Notes: generated by a model from the sequence alone, not told the origin. A DNA stretch of 64,000 nucleotides from a virus (IMGVR_UViG_3300027852_000034:33461-97460); one strand, 5' to 3'. Shown: positions 1 to 10,157, counted from the stretch's first letter. Program-made: numbers and translations.

Positions 1-266
1 CCGCCAGTCGGGACACGACCCAAGAGGATGACAACAGTAGCAGCAGGATTTGGAATACGTCCGAAAGCTTTCTGCATACGATCATTCAGACTCTCAGGGG
101 TACTGACCTTGTTATGTACCAACAGATCAACCACCTTCTCAGCAAATTCACCGGAACCGCCATTCAGACGAGAACGAAGAAACTGGATACCTGCTTTGCT
201 GTAGTCATCAGCATGCTTTCCCAGCTTTTTTGACACCTGCTCATTTGTGTAACGCATTTTAGCCAT
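1..266 (-). CDS. hypothetical protein (5'-partial in window; start codon at 264-266)
   Basis: Reverse-complement reading gives MAKMRYTNEQVSKKLGKHADDYSKAG... with GGAGAAAG RBS 8 nt upstream; runs off window start. Confidence 0.4.
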   Translation of the reverse strand, partial: MAKMRYTNEQVSKKLGKHADDYSKAGIQFLRSRLNGGSGEFAEKVVDLLVHNKVSTPESLNDRMQKAFGRIPNPAATVVILLGRVPTG

Positions 267-446
267 AATACTTTCTCCAGTTATTTCTAAGATTTTATGC
301 TACAGCAACGATTATGTATTGCTGTTATATAAAGCATAGTTTTATCTAAAGGAGTTTGCAATACAGGCAAGGTACAATCTATTACACTAATACCTTAGGT
401 AGGAAGAGCATAGATCTTTATCAGAAACTATGCTCTTTGTTGAGAT

Positions 447-800
447 TTAAGCAATACGTTGAACTAAGAGCTTATCTCCTTCAATATCATATTCAATGCC
501 GCACTTAGAACAGACATTACCATAAGAATCTAAGACTACAAGTTCTCCGCAATCACACTGACCTATAGCTGCGGCAGTGTAATCCATACGCATCTCTTCC
601 ACATAAGGATTGGAAACTTCCAGATCACCTGAAAGACACCTTTCATAGGTAGCAAAGGCAGTATCACTCAACTGATCTACGAAAACGTTTCCCTCGATAT
701 CGCAAAGATACCTGTAATAGGAATCTGGCTGGTCAATGAGATCGAAGATCAAGAAATACTCTACTTTCGATACCTTTTGTGACCTATTTAAGATTTTCAT
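447..800 (-). CDS. hypothetical Zn-ribbon protein
   Basis: ORF track 447..845 (-); start trimmed to MKILNRSQ with AGGAGACAGCC RBS; CxC...CxxC motifs. Confidence 0.5.
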   Translation of the reverse strand: MKILNRSQKVSKVEYFLIFDLIDQPDSYYRYLCDIEGNVFVDQLSDTAFATYERCLSGDLEVSNPYVEEMRMDYTAAAIGQCDCGELVVLDSYGNVCSKCGIEYDIEGDKLLVQRIA

Positions 801-1012
801 TTGGCTGTCTCCTCTTACGGACAACTTTATATATAACACAAGCATACTACAAATCTTAAGAATAGCAAACTTAAGATCACGGGATTCCTGTCCTTATTGC
901 TATGGATCAAGCAAAAAGTATAATCGTAGAAAATGTTGCGGTTTTCTTTTAAGTTTTATATAATATAAGTATATCGTTATTATCCAATAACTTAGCTGAA
1001 GGAGTTAATGTA

Positions 1013-1327
1013 GTGACTACAAAAAACGAAGAATCCGTAGCCCAATTAGTCAATGAAGAAATTACTAGAATACGAAAAAATCCTGAAGAATCTATCAAAA
1101 GTCTATTCTTTCAATCCACAGATATGATTATGGAAGAAATACAAAAAGACAATAATCTTTTAGTCGCAGTAGGTAGTGCCGTAAATCTGATCGTCAAAAT
1201 TAATGGTCTGTTAATGATGAACACACCGAAAGAATCATACCTTCCAATCAGTGAAGAGATCATCAAATACTTACTAGGTTTACAAGAACTTAATAAGAGA
1301 GACAATTCCGATACACCTCAGCATTAA
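1013..1327 (+). CDS. hypothetical protein
   Basis: ORF 104 aa, GTG start, GAAGGAG RBS at ~1000. Confidence 0.5.
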   Translation: MTTKNEESVAQLVNEEITRIRKNPEESIKSLFFQSTDMIMEEIQKDNNLLVAVGSAVNLIVKINGLLMMNTPKESYLPISEEIIKYLLGLQELNKRDNSDTPQH

Positions 1328-1354
1328 TACCTTAATTTTGTTGTATACAGCTTA

Positions 1355-1378
1355 GGTATACTTTATATTATATATATG
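1355..1378 (+). promoter_or_regulatory. class-A phage promoter-like motif GGTATACTTTATATTATATATA
   Basis: One of >=11 near-identical copies of this motif located 25-45 nt upstream of RBS-ATG of + strand genes. Confidence 0.55.
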
Positions 1379-1404
1379 ACAACACACAACAAAAGGAGAT
1401 AAAC

Positions 1405-1626
1405 ATGCCTGCGCCTTTCGTAGTAACTTTTGATGGCCCTGTATCTGAAGGAGTTCTAGTTCTTTCAGATGTCAATGAAACAGTCGCTAAACAAAGAGCG
1501 GAAGCTAAGATTACAGACTACTTTAAAAACTATAAATATCAAGTCGTAGTCAACGTCCTGAACAGCATTAAAATCAGACATATGAAACCCGGAGAAATAG
1601 TCTTTGTATTTGTAGGGGATCTATAG
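1405..1626 (+). CDS. hypothetical protein
   Basis: ORF 73 aa; AAAAGGAGATAAACATG RBS; downstream of class-A motif. Confidence 0.55.
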   Translation: MPAPFVVTFDGPVSEGVLVLSDVNETVAKQRAEAKITDYFKNYKYQVVVNVLNSIKIRHMKPGEIVFVFVGDL

Positions 1627-1991
1627 TGGAGAAGTTTCCCACACTCCCTACAAGCGGTGAAGGTATTTGGTCTGATAGAATCACTGAAATACCGGTAATA
1701 GGTATAGAAATTGATTGGATCAACGATGAGAACACATACGGTGATCTATGTGTGTACTTCAATAAGAAAGATTGGGATGTTACACAAGACGGACTTATCT
1801 ACACTGACCCACTATTCCTCGAATGTCTGAAGGCCTATCTACAAGAAAATGGAATTACCACAGCCGACATGGACTACAGTGAACAAGGTATGCAAGGTAG
1901 AAACTTTGTTCATTTTGATATTGATGAACTTTTCCTAGCTACAGCACCAGAACTTGTAGCTGACTATGAATTTAAAAAACAAGGAGATTGA
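1626..1991 (+). CDS. hypothetical protein
   Basis: ORF 121 aa, start overlaps previous stop (operon packing). Confidence 0.55.
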   Translation: MEKFPTLPTSGEGIWSDRITEIPVIGIEIDWINDENTYGDLCVYFNKKDWDVTQDGLIYTDPLFLECLKAYLQENGITTADMDYSEQGMQGRNFVHFDIDELFLATAPELVADYEFKKQGD

Positions 1992-1992
1992 C

Positions 1993-2175
1993 ATGGATCT
2001 GGTAATTGATACCTTAATAGTACTTGCTACTATTTGGGCAGTATGGATTATACCTTTCGCTGTTGGTGCATCTGACACCAGTCCTTTAGCAACTAAAAGT
2101 GCTGTATTTGTAGGATCAGTAGTAATCGGTATTATCTGGCCTTTCTTTGTCGCTAAACGTATAATGGATGCCTAA
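1993..2175 (+). CDS. small hydrophobic membrane protein
   Basis: ORF track 1966..2175 trimmed to MDLVIDTLIVLATIWAVW with AAGGAGATTGACATG RBS; single TM helix. Confidence 0.5.
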   Translation: MDLVIDTLIVLATIWAVWIIPFAVGASDTSPLATKSAVFVGSVVIGIIWPFFVAKRIMDA

Positions 2176-2502
2176 ATGGACACTAGAACCTTAAAAGCTT
2201 TAAGAGGTGCAATAGCCAAATGGCATCGCATCGTATACTACGGTGGTATAGATAACGGATCAGAAAATTGTCCTTTATGCAGAGAGTTTCCAACTACTGA
2301 TTGTTTTGGATGTCCTGTAGCCATAAAAACTGGAATTGATTCTTGTAGTAACACTCCTTATCAAGATTTTATACAATACCGACACACAAACAAAAGACAG
2401 GCAATAGCAAAAAACTTCCTAAAATGGTTAGTCTTGTTACTACCAGAAGGTGAAACAGCTAAAATGTCAGATGGATGGATTTGGTATTGGGAATGGCTAT
2501 AG
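2176..2502 (+). CDS. Cys-rich hypothetical protein
   Basis: ORF 108 aa, CPLC...CFGC motif. Confidence 0.55.
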   Translation: MDTRTLKALRGAIAKWHRIVYYGGIDNGSENCPLCREFPTTDCFGCPVAIKTGIDSCSNTPYQDFIQYRHTNKRQAIAKNFLKWLVLLLPEGETAKMSDGWIWYWEWL

Positions 2503-2511
2503 GAGAACGAC

Positions 2512-3024
2512 ATGTTTGATAGATCCCCTAGCGTTTGTGTCGGAATTCAGTTTGAACACGTTGAAGGATTGGCCAGTATTGAATGGTTAAATTTGGATGA
2601 CTACTCTGATTCCGATGAATTCAATCAAGCTTGTTTAAACCTTTACGAAAAGCTTGATGAAAAAGATGAAGATCCAGAATTTTTGTTTCAAAGCTGGGAC
2701 GGTATACCAGATAGATACATCAGTGAAGAACATATAGACGAAGAGTACTGGGATTACCAAAATTTTGTAATGATCTCTAATTTAAGTTCTGATGTATTTG
2801 AAGCTGGTGCTGACTTGGACATAGATTACTATAATGTTGAAGAACGCTATGTAGGTAAGTTTCCATCAGATTTAATGTTCGCTATGAATCATGCAGAAAG
2901 TACAGGTGCGTTGGATAATCTAGCAGAATGGCCTCATAGTTGCATTGATTGGGATCATGCCGCTACAGAACTTATGCAAAGAGGTTTTATAGACAGCAAT
3001 GATTACTACTTTACAGAGTGCTAA
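2512..3024 (+). CDS. acidic hypothetical protein
   Basis: ORF 170 aa, D/E-rich. Confidence 0.6.
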   Translation: MFDRSPSVCVGIQFEHVEGLASIEWLNLDDYSDSDEFNQACLNLYEKLDEKDEDPEFLFQSWDGIPDRYISEEHIDEEYWDYQNFVMISNLSSDVFEAGADLDIDYYNVEERYVGKFPSDLMFAMNHAESTGALDNLAEWPHSCIDWDHAATELMQRGFIDSNDYYFTEC

Positions 3025-3034
3025 AAAGGTTTGA

Positions 3035-3256
3035 ATGAAAATTAAAATTGGAGATAAGGTACAATTAACAGGACGTACAGCTAAAGGGAAACAAAGAATC
3101 AAGCAGTGGGGAGGAGAAGGTGAAATAATAAAGGTATCAAATAGTGTACAATTCTCCCAACAACGAGGACTTTGGTTACTGATTAGTGCTGCTGATCCTT
3201 GTAGTAGATGGATACTATTCCAAATTGACAAAGATTTTGAAATAACCATTCTCTAA
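3035..3256 (+). CDS. hypothetical protein
   Basis: ORF 73 aa. Confidence 0.45.
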   Translation: MKIKIGDKVQLTGRTAKGKQRIKQWGGEGEIIKVSNSVQFSQQRGLWLLISAADPCSRWILFQIDKDFEITIL

Positions 3257-3278
3257 AGAATACCAACAATGGAGATCA

Positions 3279-3539
3279 TTGATGAGCAAAGAATGGGTTG
3301 TGACACACGGCAACAAAACCTACACATTCCAATTCACTTACACCACGCCTGGAGTTCCTGACAAGTGGGCAGTTCTTATTACAGAAGGAGATAAGACAGT
3401 ACAAGGTACTATGGACGACTTCTATCAATTAGCTAGATTTTACGGCCCTGAAGATTTAGTTGTATTTTACAACAAGCGCAATGATTACGCCTCTGCTAAG
3501 GTAAGAGGTTACAACAAAAAGTCTTTATTTGATGACTAA
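3279..3539 (+). CDS. hypothetical protein
   Basis: ORF 86 aa. Confidence 0.55.
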   Translation: MMSKEWVVTHGNKTYTFQFTYTTPGVPDKWAVLITEGDKTVQGTMDDFYQLARFYGPEDLVVFYNKRNDYASAKVRGYNKKSLFDD

Positions 3540-3747
3540 AAAAGACGATATTGCAATCTGTTATTGTTGTGGACAAAAAAGACCATACCCAACAAAACAA
3601 GGTCGTTGGAAATATAAAGAAACTACAGCAAAGAACTGGACTTATGTAACAGTTAGAGAGGTTGAAGAAGGGCTTGAAATGACTATAGATGGTGATAGTG
3701 AACCTTCTTGGTGGCCTAATAACGCACAATGGAAAAAAGTCACATAA
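3529..3747 (+). CDS. hypothetical protein
   Basis: ORF 72 aa, CYCCG motif. Confidence 0.5.
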   Translation: MMTKKDDIAICYCCGQKRPYPTKQGRWKYKETTAKNWTYVTVREVEEGLEMTIDGDSEPSWWPNNAQWKKVT

Positions 3748-4025
3748 TGACTAACCTTGCTAACTTAATCTGTACAGCCGAAAATATCAAACCCTCAATG
3801 GGGGACCCCTGTAATCACTGTGGCTGGTGTTGCATGACAGAAGTCTGCATTATAGGTAAAAAATTACTCAAATCAGAGAGTATCCCTTGTGAACTATTAA
3901 TCAAAGTAGATGGAAGATACTACTGCTCAATAGCTTCCATTGATTCCAACAAAAAACAATTAGGTATTGGCACCGGATGTTGTGCCCAAACACAAAAAGA
4001 AATGATTGCTTTATTCTCATCCTAA
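3729..4025 (+). CDS. Cys-rich hypothetical protein
   Basis: ORF 98 aa, CNHCGWCC motif. Confidence 0.5.
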   Translation: MEKSHIMTNLANLICTAENIKPSMGDPCNHCGWCCMTEVCIIGKKLLKSESIPCELLIKVDGRYYCSIASIDSNKKQLGIGTGCCAQTQKEMIALFSS

Positions 4026-4058
4026 ATATTAATACCTCAATTTTATTGTTTGCTAATA

Positions 4059-4086
4059 AGGTATACTTTATAATATACATAATAGA
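4059..4086 (+). promoter_or_regulatory. class-A promoter-like motif
   Basis: GGTATACTTTATAATATACATAATAG upstream of gene 4117. Confidence 0.55.
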
Positions 4087-4116
4087 AAACAAAATCCAAC
4101 AATGTGAGGTAGTAAC

Positions 4117-4386
4117 ATGTCGGGTACAATGCATTGGAGTAAAAAACGCAGAACCAGCTATAAGGAGTACCCTTTTACTACTATCTCCGTGTTTGAGGTC
4201 CCTTACAGTGGAGAAGCTACTGTCGTTAAGGTACAAGCTGCACTAGATGCTAAAAACATAACAAAGAGCACTACAGGGAACAGCTTTGGAGATACCATAT
4301 ATAGTCTTCTAGAGATAGATACCGTCCGTAAAATTCTTACAATAGAAACCCAATACTTCATAGGAGATAAACATGGAGCTGTCTGA
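4117..4386 (+). CDS. hypothetical protein
   Basis: ORF 89 aa, GAGGTAGTAACATG RBS. Confidence 0.55.
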   Translation: MSGTMHWSKKRRTSYKEYPFTTISVFEVPYSGEATVVKVQAALDAKNITKSTTGNSFGDTIYSLLEIDTVRKILTIETQYFIGDKHGAV

Positions 4387-4651
4387 CAACCTACGGTACG
4401 CAATGGATGCCCAATGGGACATGATTGGAATGGATTGCTTGCAAGGAATAAAGGATATGACAGGGACTGTCAATCCAACAATGTCAAAAGAAGAAGTAAT
4501 CGAAATGGTATTGGACGCTTCACGCCTAGAAATGGCTGCTGAATTTAATCCTGAACTTCTGTCAGAGATCAAAGAATTTCGGGAACTTGGTTATGAAGAG
4601 CAAAAGAAATTGGCGGGTGAAGTATTCACCTTTGAACTTTATGGTTATTAA
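4373..4651 (+). CDS. hypothetical protein
   Basis: ORF 92 aa. Confidence 0.55.
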   Translation: MELSDNLRYAMDAQWDMIGMDCLQGIKDMTGTVNPTMSKEEVIEMVLDASRLEMAAEFNPELLSEIKEFRELGYEEQKKLAGEVFTFELYGY

Positions 4652-4665
4652 TAAGGAGAAGTGAC

Positions 4666-5055
4666 ATGGCAAAAGCTCCACTTAATGTTAAAACTGGTAT
4701 GGCTCTTTCAATCAAAAACGCACTATTGGAAATTAAAGCCAAAACTGCCAAACAACTTGCTGAAGAACTAGGGGAAAAATCACCAAGTGTATCCTCTATT
4801 CTTTCTGCACTGTACTACGCTGGATATGCCAACCGTACAAAAAAAGGCATGGAATTCTTTTACACCCTTTCAAAAAGACGGACACCTAGACAACACCCCA
4901 TCAGACGTAACAGTTGCAATCAAGAAGCTGCTGATGAAACTCTAATCGATATCAATTCGTTGACTGCCGCATTAGAACAGCACGAAACCTACAGAGCCAC
5001 CCTAGACCTCATCGTAGATATGCTTGAGGAAATAGGGATGTGCAAAAGGATTTAA
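4666..5055 (+). CDS. hypothetical protein, possible winged-helix DNA-binding
   Basis: ORF 129 aa, AAGGAGAAGTGACATG RBS; ILSALYYAGYANRTKKGMEFFYTL resembles wHTH recognition region (weak). Confidence 0.5.
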   Translation: MAKAPLNVKTGMALSIKNALLEIKAKTAKQLAEELGEKSPSVSSILSALYYAGYANRTKKGMEFFYTLSKRRTPRQHPIRRNSCNQEAADETLIDINSLTAALEQHETYRATLDLIVDMLEEIGMCKRI

Positions 5056-5056
5056 T

Positions 5057-5323
5057 ATGCAAGCAGATCTAAAAAACAAACTAGATCAAGCATTCAGAAA
5101 TAACGACTATGCTGAGATCACTCTACTAATCTCTAACTACTTAGATCAAGTGCTACCATTTCGACCTGGGTTCTCTGATTTTAGTGAAATTGTGATCGAC
5201 TATCTTGTTAGTGGAATGTTTTCAACTCCTTTAGATCACCTACAGCACCGTTACGAGATCACTGAAAAACAAGCGGTCTCACTGTATGACACCTTAAAAC
5301 TATTCGCAGCTTATAGGGAGTAA
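5057..5323 (+). CDS. hypothetical protein
   Basis: ORF 88 aa. Confidence 0.5.
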   Translation: MQADLKNKLDQAFRNNDYAEITLLISNYLDQVLPFRPGFSDFSEIVIDYLVSGMFSTPLDHLQHRYEITEKQAVSLYDTLKLFAAYRE

Positions 5324-5326
5324 GCC

Positions 5327-5740
5327 ATGTTAAAACTCAACTCCGCAAATGTAGAAAAGATTTTCAGAGAATGCCTTTCTAACACCGAAAACTATGATGC
5401 CGTAGGCAACACTGTCATATCAGGAATCACCTTTGATTTCGCTGTAGATAATGGTAAAATCAAAAAGGCAACCTCTGAAATTAACGAATTACTAAGTCAA
5501 TTGCCTGATCCTTTCTATGAGAGTAACGGTGGAGGCTGGAGTTTCTTAAAAGCCTGTGACAATAACGAAGGACAACTATGGACTGGTGAGCATCGTATTA
5601 TGGAGATGTTAATGATTTTAGGTATTGCTGTCGGATCCCTTAAAATATTAATGCCAAAAGACACATGGAAGATGTTACCTGGAGGGATGCCATACTTTGT
5701 AATCTCTGATGATGTGTTGAACACTGAAAATATCACCTAG
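5327..5740 (+). CDS. hypothetical protein
   Basis: ORF 137 aa. Confidence 0.55.
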   Translation: MLKLNSANVEKIFRECLSNTENYDAVGNTVISGITFDFAVDNGKIKKATSEINELLSQLPDPFYESNGGGWSFLKACDNNEGQLWTGEHRIMEMLMILGIAVGSLKILMPKDTWKMLPGGMPYFVISDDVLNTENIT

Positions 5741-5760
5741 TAACACTTGTTTGGTGCAAA

Positions 5761-5784
5761 GGTATACTATACATTATATATAGC
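5761..5784 (+). promoter_or_regulatory. class-A promoter-like motif
   Basis: GGTATACTATACATTATATATAGC upstream of gene 5811. Confidence 0.5.
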
Positions 5785-5810
5785 GACACACGACACAAGA
5801 GGATAACACT

Positions 5811-6131
5811 ATGATAATGGTATATCACAGCAAAGATTTTAGTAAAACCTGCAACTATGGTTATCCACCGCACCTAACTATAGATTCACTTCTACAAGGA
5901 CTAGATGATAGTTCACTATATGAACATGTAGCGGACATTGATTCTGATGATCTAGAAACAGCTTACCATCTTACAAATCATATAACTTCTAACTGGACTG
6001 AAAACGCAGGTGTTGATGCGGCACATTCTGAAGTGCGCAGTTCCTCAATAGGTGATCTCTTTATAGCACCTGACGGAATCTATGTAGTTGCACGTTGTGG
6101 TTTTGATAAAATTCGTAACCTCGATAACTAA
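5811..6131 (+). CDS. hypothetical protein
   Basis: ORF 106 aa. Confidence 0.55.
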   Translation: MIMVYHSKDFSKTCNYGYPPHLTIDSLLQGLDDSSLYEHVADIDSDDLETAYHLTNHITSNWTENAGVDAAHSEVRSSSIGDLFIAPDGIYVVARCGFDKIRNLDN

Positions 6132-6154
6132 AAGATCTTTGCTGAGGAATTGAA

Positions 6155-6343
6155 ATGAGAATCACTCTATACATAGGTAGTAAAGAAAAACGAATATACT
6201 CTGATCCTAGCCAAGCATGGTTAGAGGCTAATGACTTATCACTTGAATTCCCTGACACTCCGATACGAGGAGTTATGACAGGAGCACCTAAAAGGAATCA
6301 CGCTCCTTATACCTTTTTAAATGGTGCAGTGGAAATAGGATGA
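6155..6343 (+). CDS. hypothetical protein
   Basis: ORF 62 aa. Confidence 0.45.
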   Translation: MRITLYIGSKEKRIYSDPSQAWLEANDLSLEFPDTPIRGVMTGAPKRNHAPYTFLNGAVEIG

Positions 6344-6347
6344 TGAA

Positions 6348-6668
6348 ATGAGCCGCTTGCCAAAATGGACAATGAGTAAAGACGGTGTTAAAAGATGCAC
6401 CGTTAAATTTGAAAGGCGTGTAGGTCTTGATGAATGCACCATAGGTTTAGCTTACATAATCTACTGGGACAATGAATGCAATTTTGGAAATGATTTTGAC
6501 GCTGATAGATACAAAGATCGCTACAGCAAAAAGACTATCATTGATGTGGTTAAACAAGAACTTAAAGAGCAAGGTGAACATTTCTACTATCAAGAGGATA
6601 TTACTCAAGAAATCTTAGAATTCGCAGGAGAAGAAGCTATCCGAATCTTTATAAAGGAGTACAGATAA
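6348..6668 (+). CDS. hypothetical protein
   Basis: ORF 106 aa. Confidence 0.55.
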   Translation: MSRLPKWTMSKDGVKRCTVKFERRVGLDECTIGLAYIIYWDNECNFGNDFDADRYKDRYSKKTIIDVVKQELKEQGEHFYYQEDITQEILEFAGEEAIRIFIKEYR

Positions 6669-6892
6669 TGGGGGAAGCTAAACGTAAAGGTACTTTCGAA
6701 GAACGTAAGGCTAAGGCTATTCTCCGCGATGAGAAAGAACATAAAAAAATCCTAGCTTTGCATAAAGCCTCAACCGGTGTTCCTTTAAAAAGGAAATCAA
6801 GTAGTTTATTAACCCTTGCATTAGGCATGGCTGCTGCATCTTCACACCACGTAATTGCGTATAAAAGGAAACAACCGAAGGAACCAGAATAA
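6668..6892 (+). CDS. small basic protein
   Basis: ORF 74 aa, K/R-rich. Confidence 0.45.
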   Translation: MGEAKRKGTFEERKAKAILRDEKEHKKILALHKASTGVPLKRKSSSLLTLALGMAAASSHHVIAYKRKQPKEPE

Positions 6893-7054
6893 TGAGTAAA
6901 GTACCTGCTAAACATTTTGTTCAGATGCTCGCTGGTAACGTTGATAACAACAAACTCAGCCATGAGAGTTTTCGCGCCTTTGTTAGAAATACTCTGCCTA
7001 TAGTAGAAGGTGGAGAAAACTATAAAACTCCAAAAACTAAAAAGGATAAGGAAG

Positions 7055-7471
7055 ATGGGGACTAATTTTTACATAGAAGGTACTGGTGAACACATTGGTA
7101 AAAGATCCGCAGCAGGTCTGTACTGTTGGGATTGCAATGTCACCTTATGTGTAACAGGTGAAGCTGGTGTACACACAGGCGAGTCTAGTTGGTTTTATCA
7201 TTGCCCTAAATGCGGTAAAGCTAAAGTAGAAGAGGATATGGAAAACTCTGCAAGTGGTAGAGAACTTGGCTTCAATAACAATAGACCTAAACGAAAAACT
7301 GGTGTGCGCTCTTGTAGTTCTTTTACTTGGGCACTGATGCCGTGTCATATAAATCTAGATGCAGGCGTTACGGATGAGTATGACAGATACCTAACCAAAA
7401 AAGAATTTGAATCAGTACTAGAAGAATGCCCTGTCCAATTCTTTAACCTTATAGGTGAGGAGTTTTGCTGA
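7055..7471 (+). CDS. Zn-finger hypothetical protein
   Basis: ORF track 7010..7471 trimmed to MGTNFYIEG (GGATAAGGAAGATG RBS); CWDC...CPKCG. Confidence 0.5.
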   Translation: MGTNFYIEGTGEHIGKRSAAGLYCWDCNVTLCVTGEAGVHTGESSWFYHCPKCGKAKVEEDMENSASGRELGFNNNRPKRKTGVRSCSSFTWALMPCHINLDAGVTDEYDRYLTKKEFESVLEECPVQFFNLIGEEFC

Positions 7472-7722
7472 TGAAAGGTGAAATCGCAGATAAAATAGTG
7501 TACACGCTAACCTCTGCTCCTGGTGGAGTAGATGGCAGGGATCCTAAAGATAAAGGTGGTAGGATACTTTTTGCCTCTTTTGACAAAGTAAAAGCTGAAA
7601 AGAAAAAAGGTAGTGATACTCGCTACATCCTGAAAGCAGTGGTAGTAGATACAACTGAACGAAGGAAGTTGGCTTTAAAAAAGTTAGATCCGATAGATAA
7701 ATTAATTATGGGATGGAACTAA
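7465..7722 (+). CDS. hypothetical protein
   Basis: ORF 85 aa. Confidence 0.5.
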   Translation: MLMKGEIADKIVYTLTSAPGGVDGRDPKDKGGRILFASFDKVKAEKKKGSDTRYILKAVVVDTTERRKLALKKLDPIDKLIMGWN

Positions 7723-7943
7723 TGTCTGGATTATACATATATGACGAAGAATCAGAAGATCTATTCTTCCTTAAAGATGAAACAAAAGAATCTTTCCTCT
7801 CTAAAATTAAAAAAGATTACGTACATACTTACGGAGATGGAGAAGAAATAGACATGGACCAATGGGCTGAAGAAAACCGTATGCAATTTATTGAATTTGA
7901 TAAGGTAATACCTGCAGATTACGCAGAATTTACACAATGGTAA
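7713..7943 (+). CDS. hypothetical protein
   Basis: ORF 76 aa. Confidence 0.5.
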   Translation: MELMSGLYIYDEESEDLFFLKDETKESFLSKIKKDYVHTYGDGEEIDMDQWAEENRMQFIEFDKVIPADYAEFTQW

Positions 7944-7975
7944 TCTGACATAGGTTACTTGTTTTTAACGTATGA

Positions 7976-8000
7976 TTATTATACTTTATATATAACTAAA
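7976..8000 (+). promoter_or_regulatory. class-A promoter-like motif
   Basis: TTATTATACTTTATATATAACTAA upstream of gene 8023. Confidence 0.55.
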
Positions 8001-8022
8001 CACACAACAAAAGGAAAAGAAT

Positions 8023-8379
8023 ATGGGTGACAGAGCACAGGTAGTTTTTGTAGATAGGGACAGTATTTCACCTGCTGTATATCTACATTGGAATGGTAGT
8101 GAAGTAAAAGGTTGGCTTAAAGAAGCTGGACCTACACTACGCGGAGGGGATTCATTTTATGCCTGTGCAAGATTCATAGGATTTTGCCATACTCAAATAT
8201 CAGGTAGTCTGAGTTTAGGGGTTATGAACATTAATCCCGATGATGTTGACTTTAAAGATATGGCAGACGGAATGGATTCAGGTGCATTTGTTGTCAATGT
8301 CGATACAGGTAACGTGGTACACTATACAGGTTATGGTGAAAAGATCCCTGATTTCAAAATTGAGTTGTTCAGTGGCTAA
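8023..8379 (+). CDS. hypothetical protein
   Basis: ORF 118 aa, AAAAGGAAAAGAATATG RBS. Confidence 0.55.
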   Translation: MGDRAQVVFVDRDSISPAVYLHWNGSEVKGWLKEAGPTLRGGDSFYACARFIGFCHTQISGSLSLGVMNINPDDVDFKDMADGMDSGAFVVNVDTGNVVHYTGYGEKIPDFKIELFSG

Positions 8380-8526
8380 CCCTACAGAATTTGTGTTAAG
8401 GCAGGAATGTCGAGTCCTTCAGAAAATGAATGATTCTAAAACTGAAGAGGCTAGACGCTATGCTGCCTTACTCAAACAATATCAGGAAGATCTACGCAGC
8501 ATGTATCAACTATGGAGAGATCAAAA

Positions 8527-8858
8527 TGGATAAGGTTATAGCAGAAACAGACCTAATTCCTTTTTCGTACTATCTAGGTGAAGGACGTGTAGGTCATGTA
8601 GCTTACTGGGACGGTGAAAAATTTATAGCAATCAGTCCAAGCTGCGGTTACTGGGGTGCAGATTTTATGGCATACGGTTCCGCAGGTTTTGATCCTTTCA
8701 AATCTCTTATAGACAAATGCAAAAGGTGTCCGTTAATAACAATGAAAAAAGCATCAGGTAGAAAAAAGTTTTCACCATACTGTTCTAAAGCTGAAAAATA
8801 CCTAAATTCCGATAACAGGATGCCTGCTTGGTGTCCTATTGTTAAAGAAGGAAAATAA
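8527..8858 (+). CDS. hypothetical protein
   Basis: ORF track 8430..8858 trimmed to MDKVIAETD with GGAGAGATCAAAATG RBS. Confidence 0.5.
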
Positions 8859-8859
8859 A

Positions 8860-9156
8860 ATGAAGATGGAAATATGGAAGTACTCAATAAGCAACGGAAT
8901 TGGTTATCAAACTATTAGTATGCCTAAAGGTTCGAAAATCATATCCGCAGCAACACAACGCAACCGCATTTGTGTATGGGCTGAAGTAGATCCTGATAAC
9001 CAAAGTCTAGAAGCACATAACATCGAACTTGTACAAACTGGTCCTCCAGGTACACCCTCTGATACAAACCGACGCTTTATAGATACCGTAATGCTGTACG
9101 ATGGAGATTTAGTACTGCACGTTTATGAACATATACCACAGGAGAATAACACATGA
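8860..9156 (+). CDS. hypothetical protein
   Basis: ORF track 8839..9156 trimmed to MKMEIWKY (AAGGAAAATAAAATG). Confidence 0.5.
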   Translation: MKMEIWKYSISNGIGYQTISMPKGSKIISAATQRNRICVWAEVDPDNQSLEAHNIELVQTGPPGTPSDTNRRFIDTVMLYDGDLVLHVYEHIPQENNT

Positions 9157-10157
9157 GTCATTTCACAGTACTGGTGATAGGAGATACTCCAGAAGAGCAG
9201 TTAATGCCTTACCAAGAGAACAACATGGGAGACTGTCCTGGAGAGTTTTTAGAATTCAACGAAACGGAAACAGAAAATAAAGAAGAATATGAAAACGATT
9301 TTACTGAAAAGGTCATAATGCCTGATGGTAGAAAGCTTAACAAATGGGATAATGAATTCCGTGTACAAGGTGCAATGGGCATCGGTTCTGGCACACATGA
9401 AGTACCTGAAAACCTGGAAATTCAAAAAATACCATTCACAGAACTCTACGCTACTTTTGAAGAATACATGGAGAAATGGTGTAGTTACGATGAACGTGAT
9501 GAAAAAATGGGATTATACGGATATTGGGAAAATCCTAATGCAAAATGGGATTGGTTTCAATTAGGCGGACGTTGGACAGGTTTCTTTGAATTGAAGCCAG
9601 GTAGTACTTGGAGCAGCAACAAAAGTTTAGGTGAACCTGGTCTTATGACTGCACCAGCAAAATGCGGACAAGCTGATCAAGCACGGAAAGGTGAAATTGA
9701 TTGGGAATCAATGATGAAAAAGGCTGGTGAAGAAGCAGATAAAACCTACACCAAGTTTATAGAAGTCACAAAAGATATTGAATTGCCTAAACGTTGGGAA
9801 GAAATAAGAGAATCAATGTTTCCTGGAGATATCCAAGCAGCCAGAGAATACTATAATGCACACCCTTTTGTGCAAGCTGTAAGAAAAGCTGATCTAGATC
9901 CTTTTATGGATGAGACTTTAGATTACTACTGTGTAAACAACGGCGGAAGAGAAACCTTTGTTGCTAACCAAATGGCAAATTCCATAAGTACCTTTGCTGT
10001 ACTTAAAGATGGTAAATGGTACGAAAAAGGATCAATGGGTTGGTGGGGACTTGTTTCAGATGAAAAAGAACAAAATAAATGGAATGAAGAGTACCTGAAA
10101 CTGATACAAAATCTACCTGATGATACTCTAGTCTCTGTATACGATTGTCACATATAA
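9153..10157 (+). CDS. hypothetical protein (334 aa)
   Basis: Long ORF, Trp-rich (WDWFQLGGRWTGFF); no family recognised by eye. Confidence 0.6.
   Translation: MSHFTVLVIGDTPEEQLMPYQENNMGDCPGEFLEFNETETENKEEYENDFTEKVIMPDGRKLNKWDNEFRVQGAMGIGSGTHEVPENLEIQKIPFTELYATFEEYMEKWCSYDERDEKMGLYGYWENPNAKWDWFQLGGRWTGFFELKPGSTWSSNKSLGEPGLMTAPAKCGQADQARKGEIDWESMMKKAGEEADKTYTKFIEVTKDIELPKRWEEIRESMFPGDIQAAREYYNAHPFVQAVRKADLDPFMDETLDYYCVNNGGRETFVANQMANSISTFAVLKDGKWYEKGSMGWWGLVSDEKEQNKWNEEYLKLIQNLPDDTLVSVYDCHI

Noticed and set aside
8240-8533. 97-aa ORF overlapping gene 8023-8379 in another frame
   Set aside because: It overlaps the well-supported 118-aa gene for ~140 nt without an RBS. At most a short 36-aa C-terminal piece (8425-8533) could be real, which is too weak to call.
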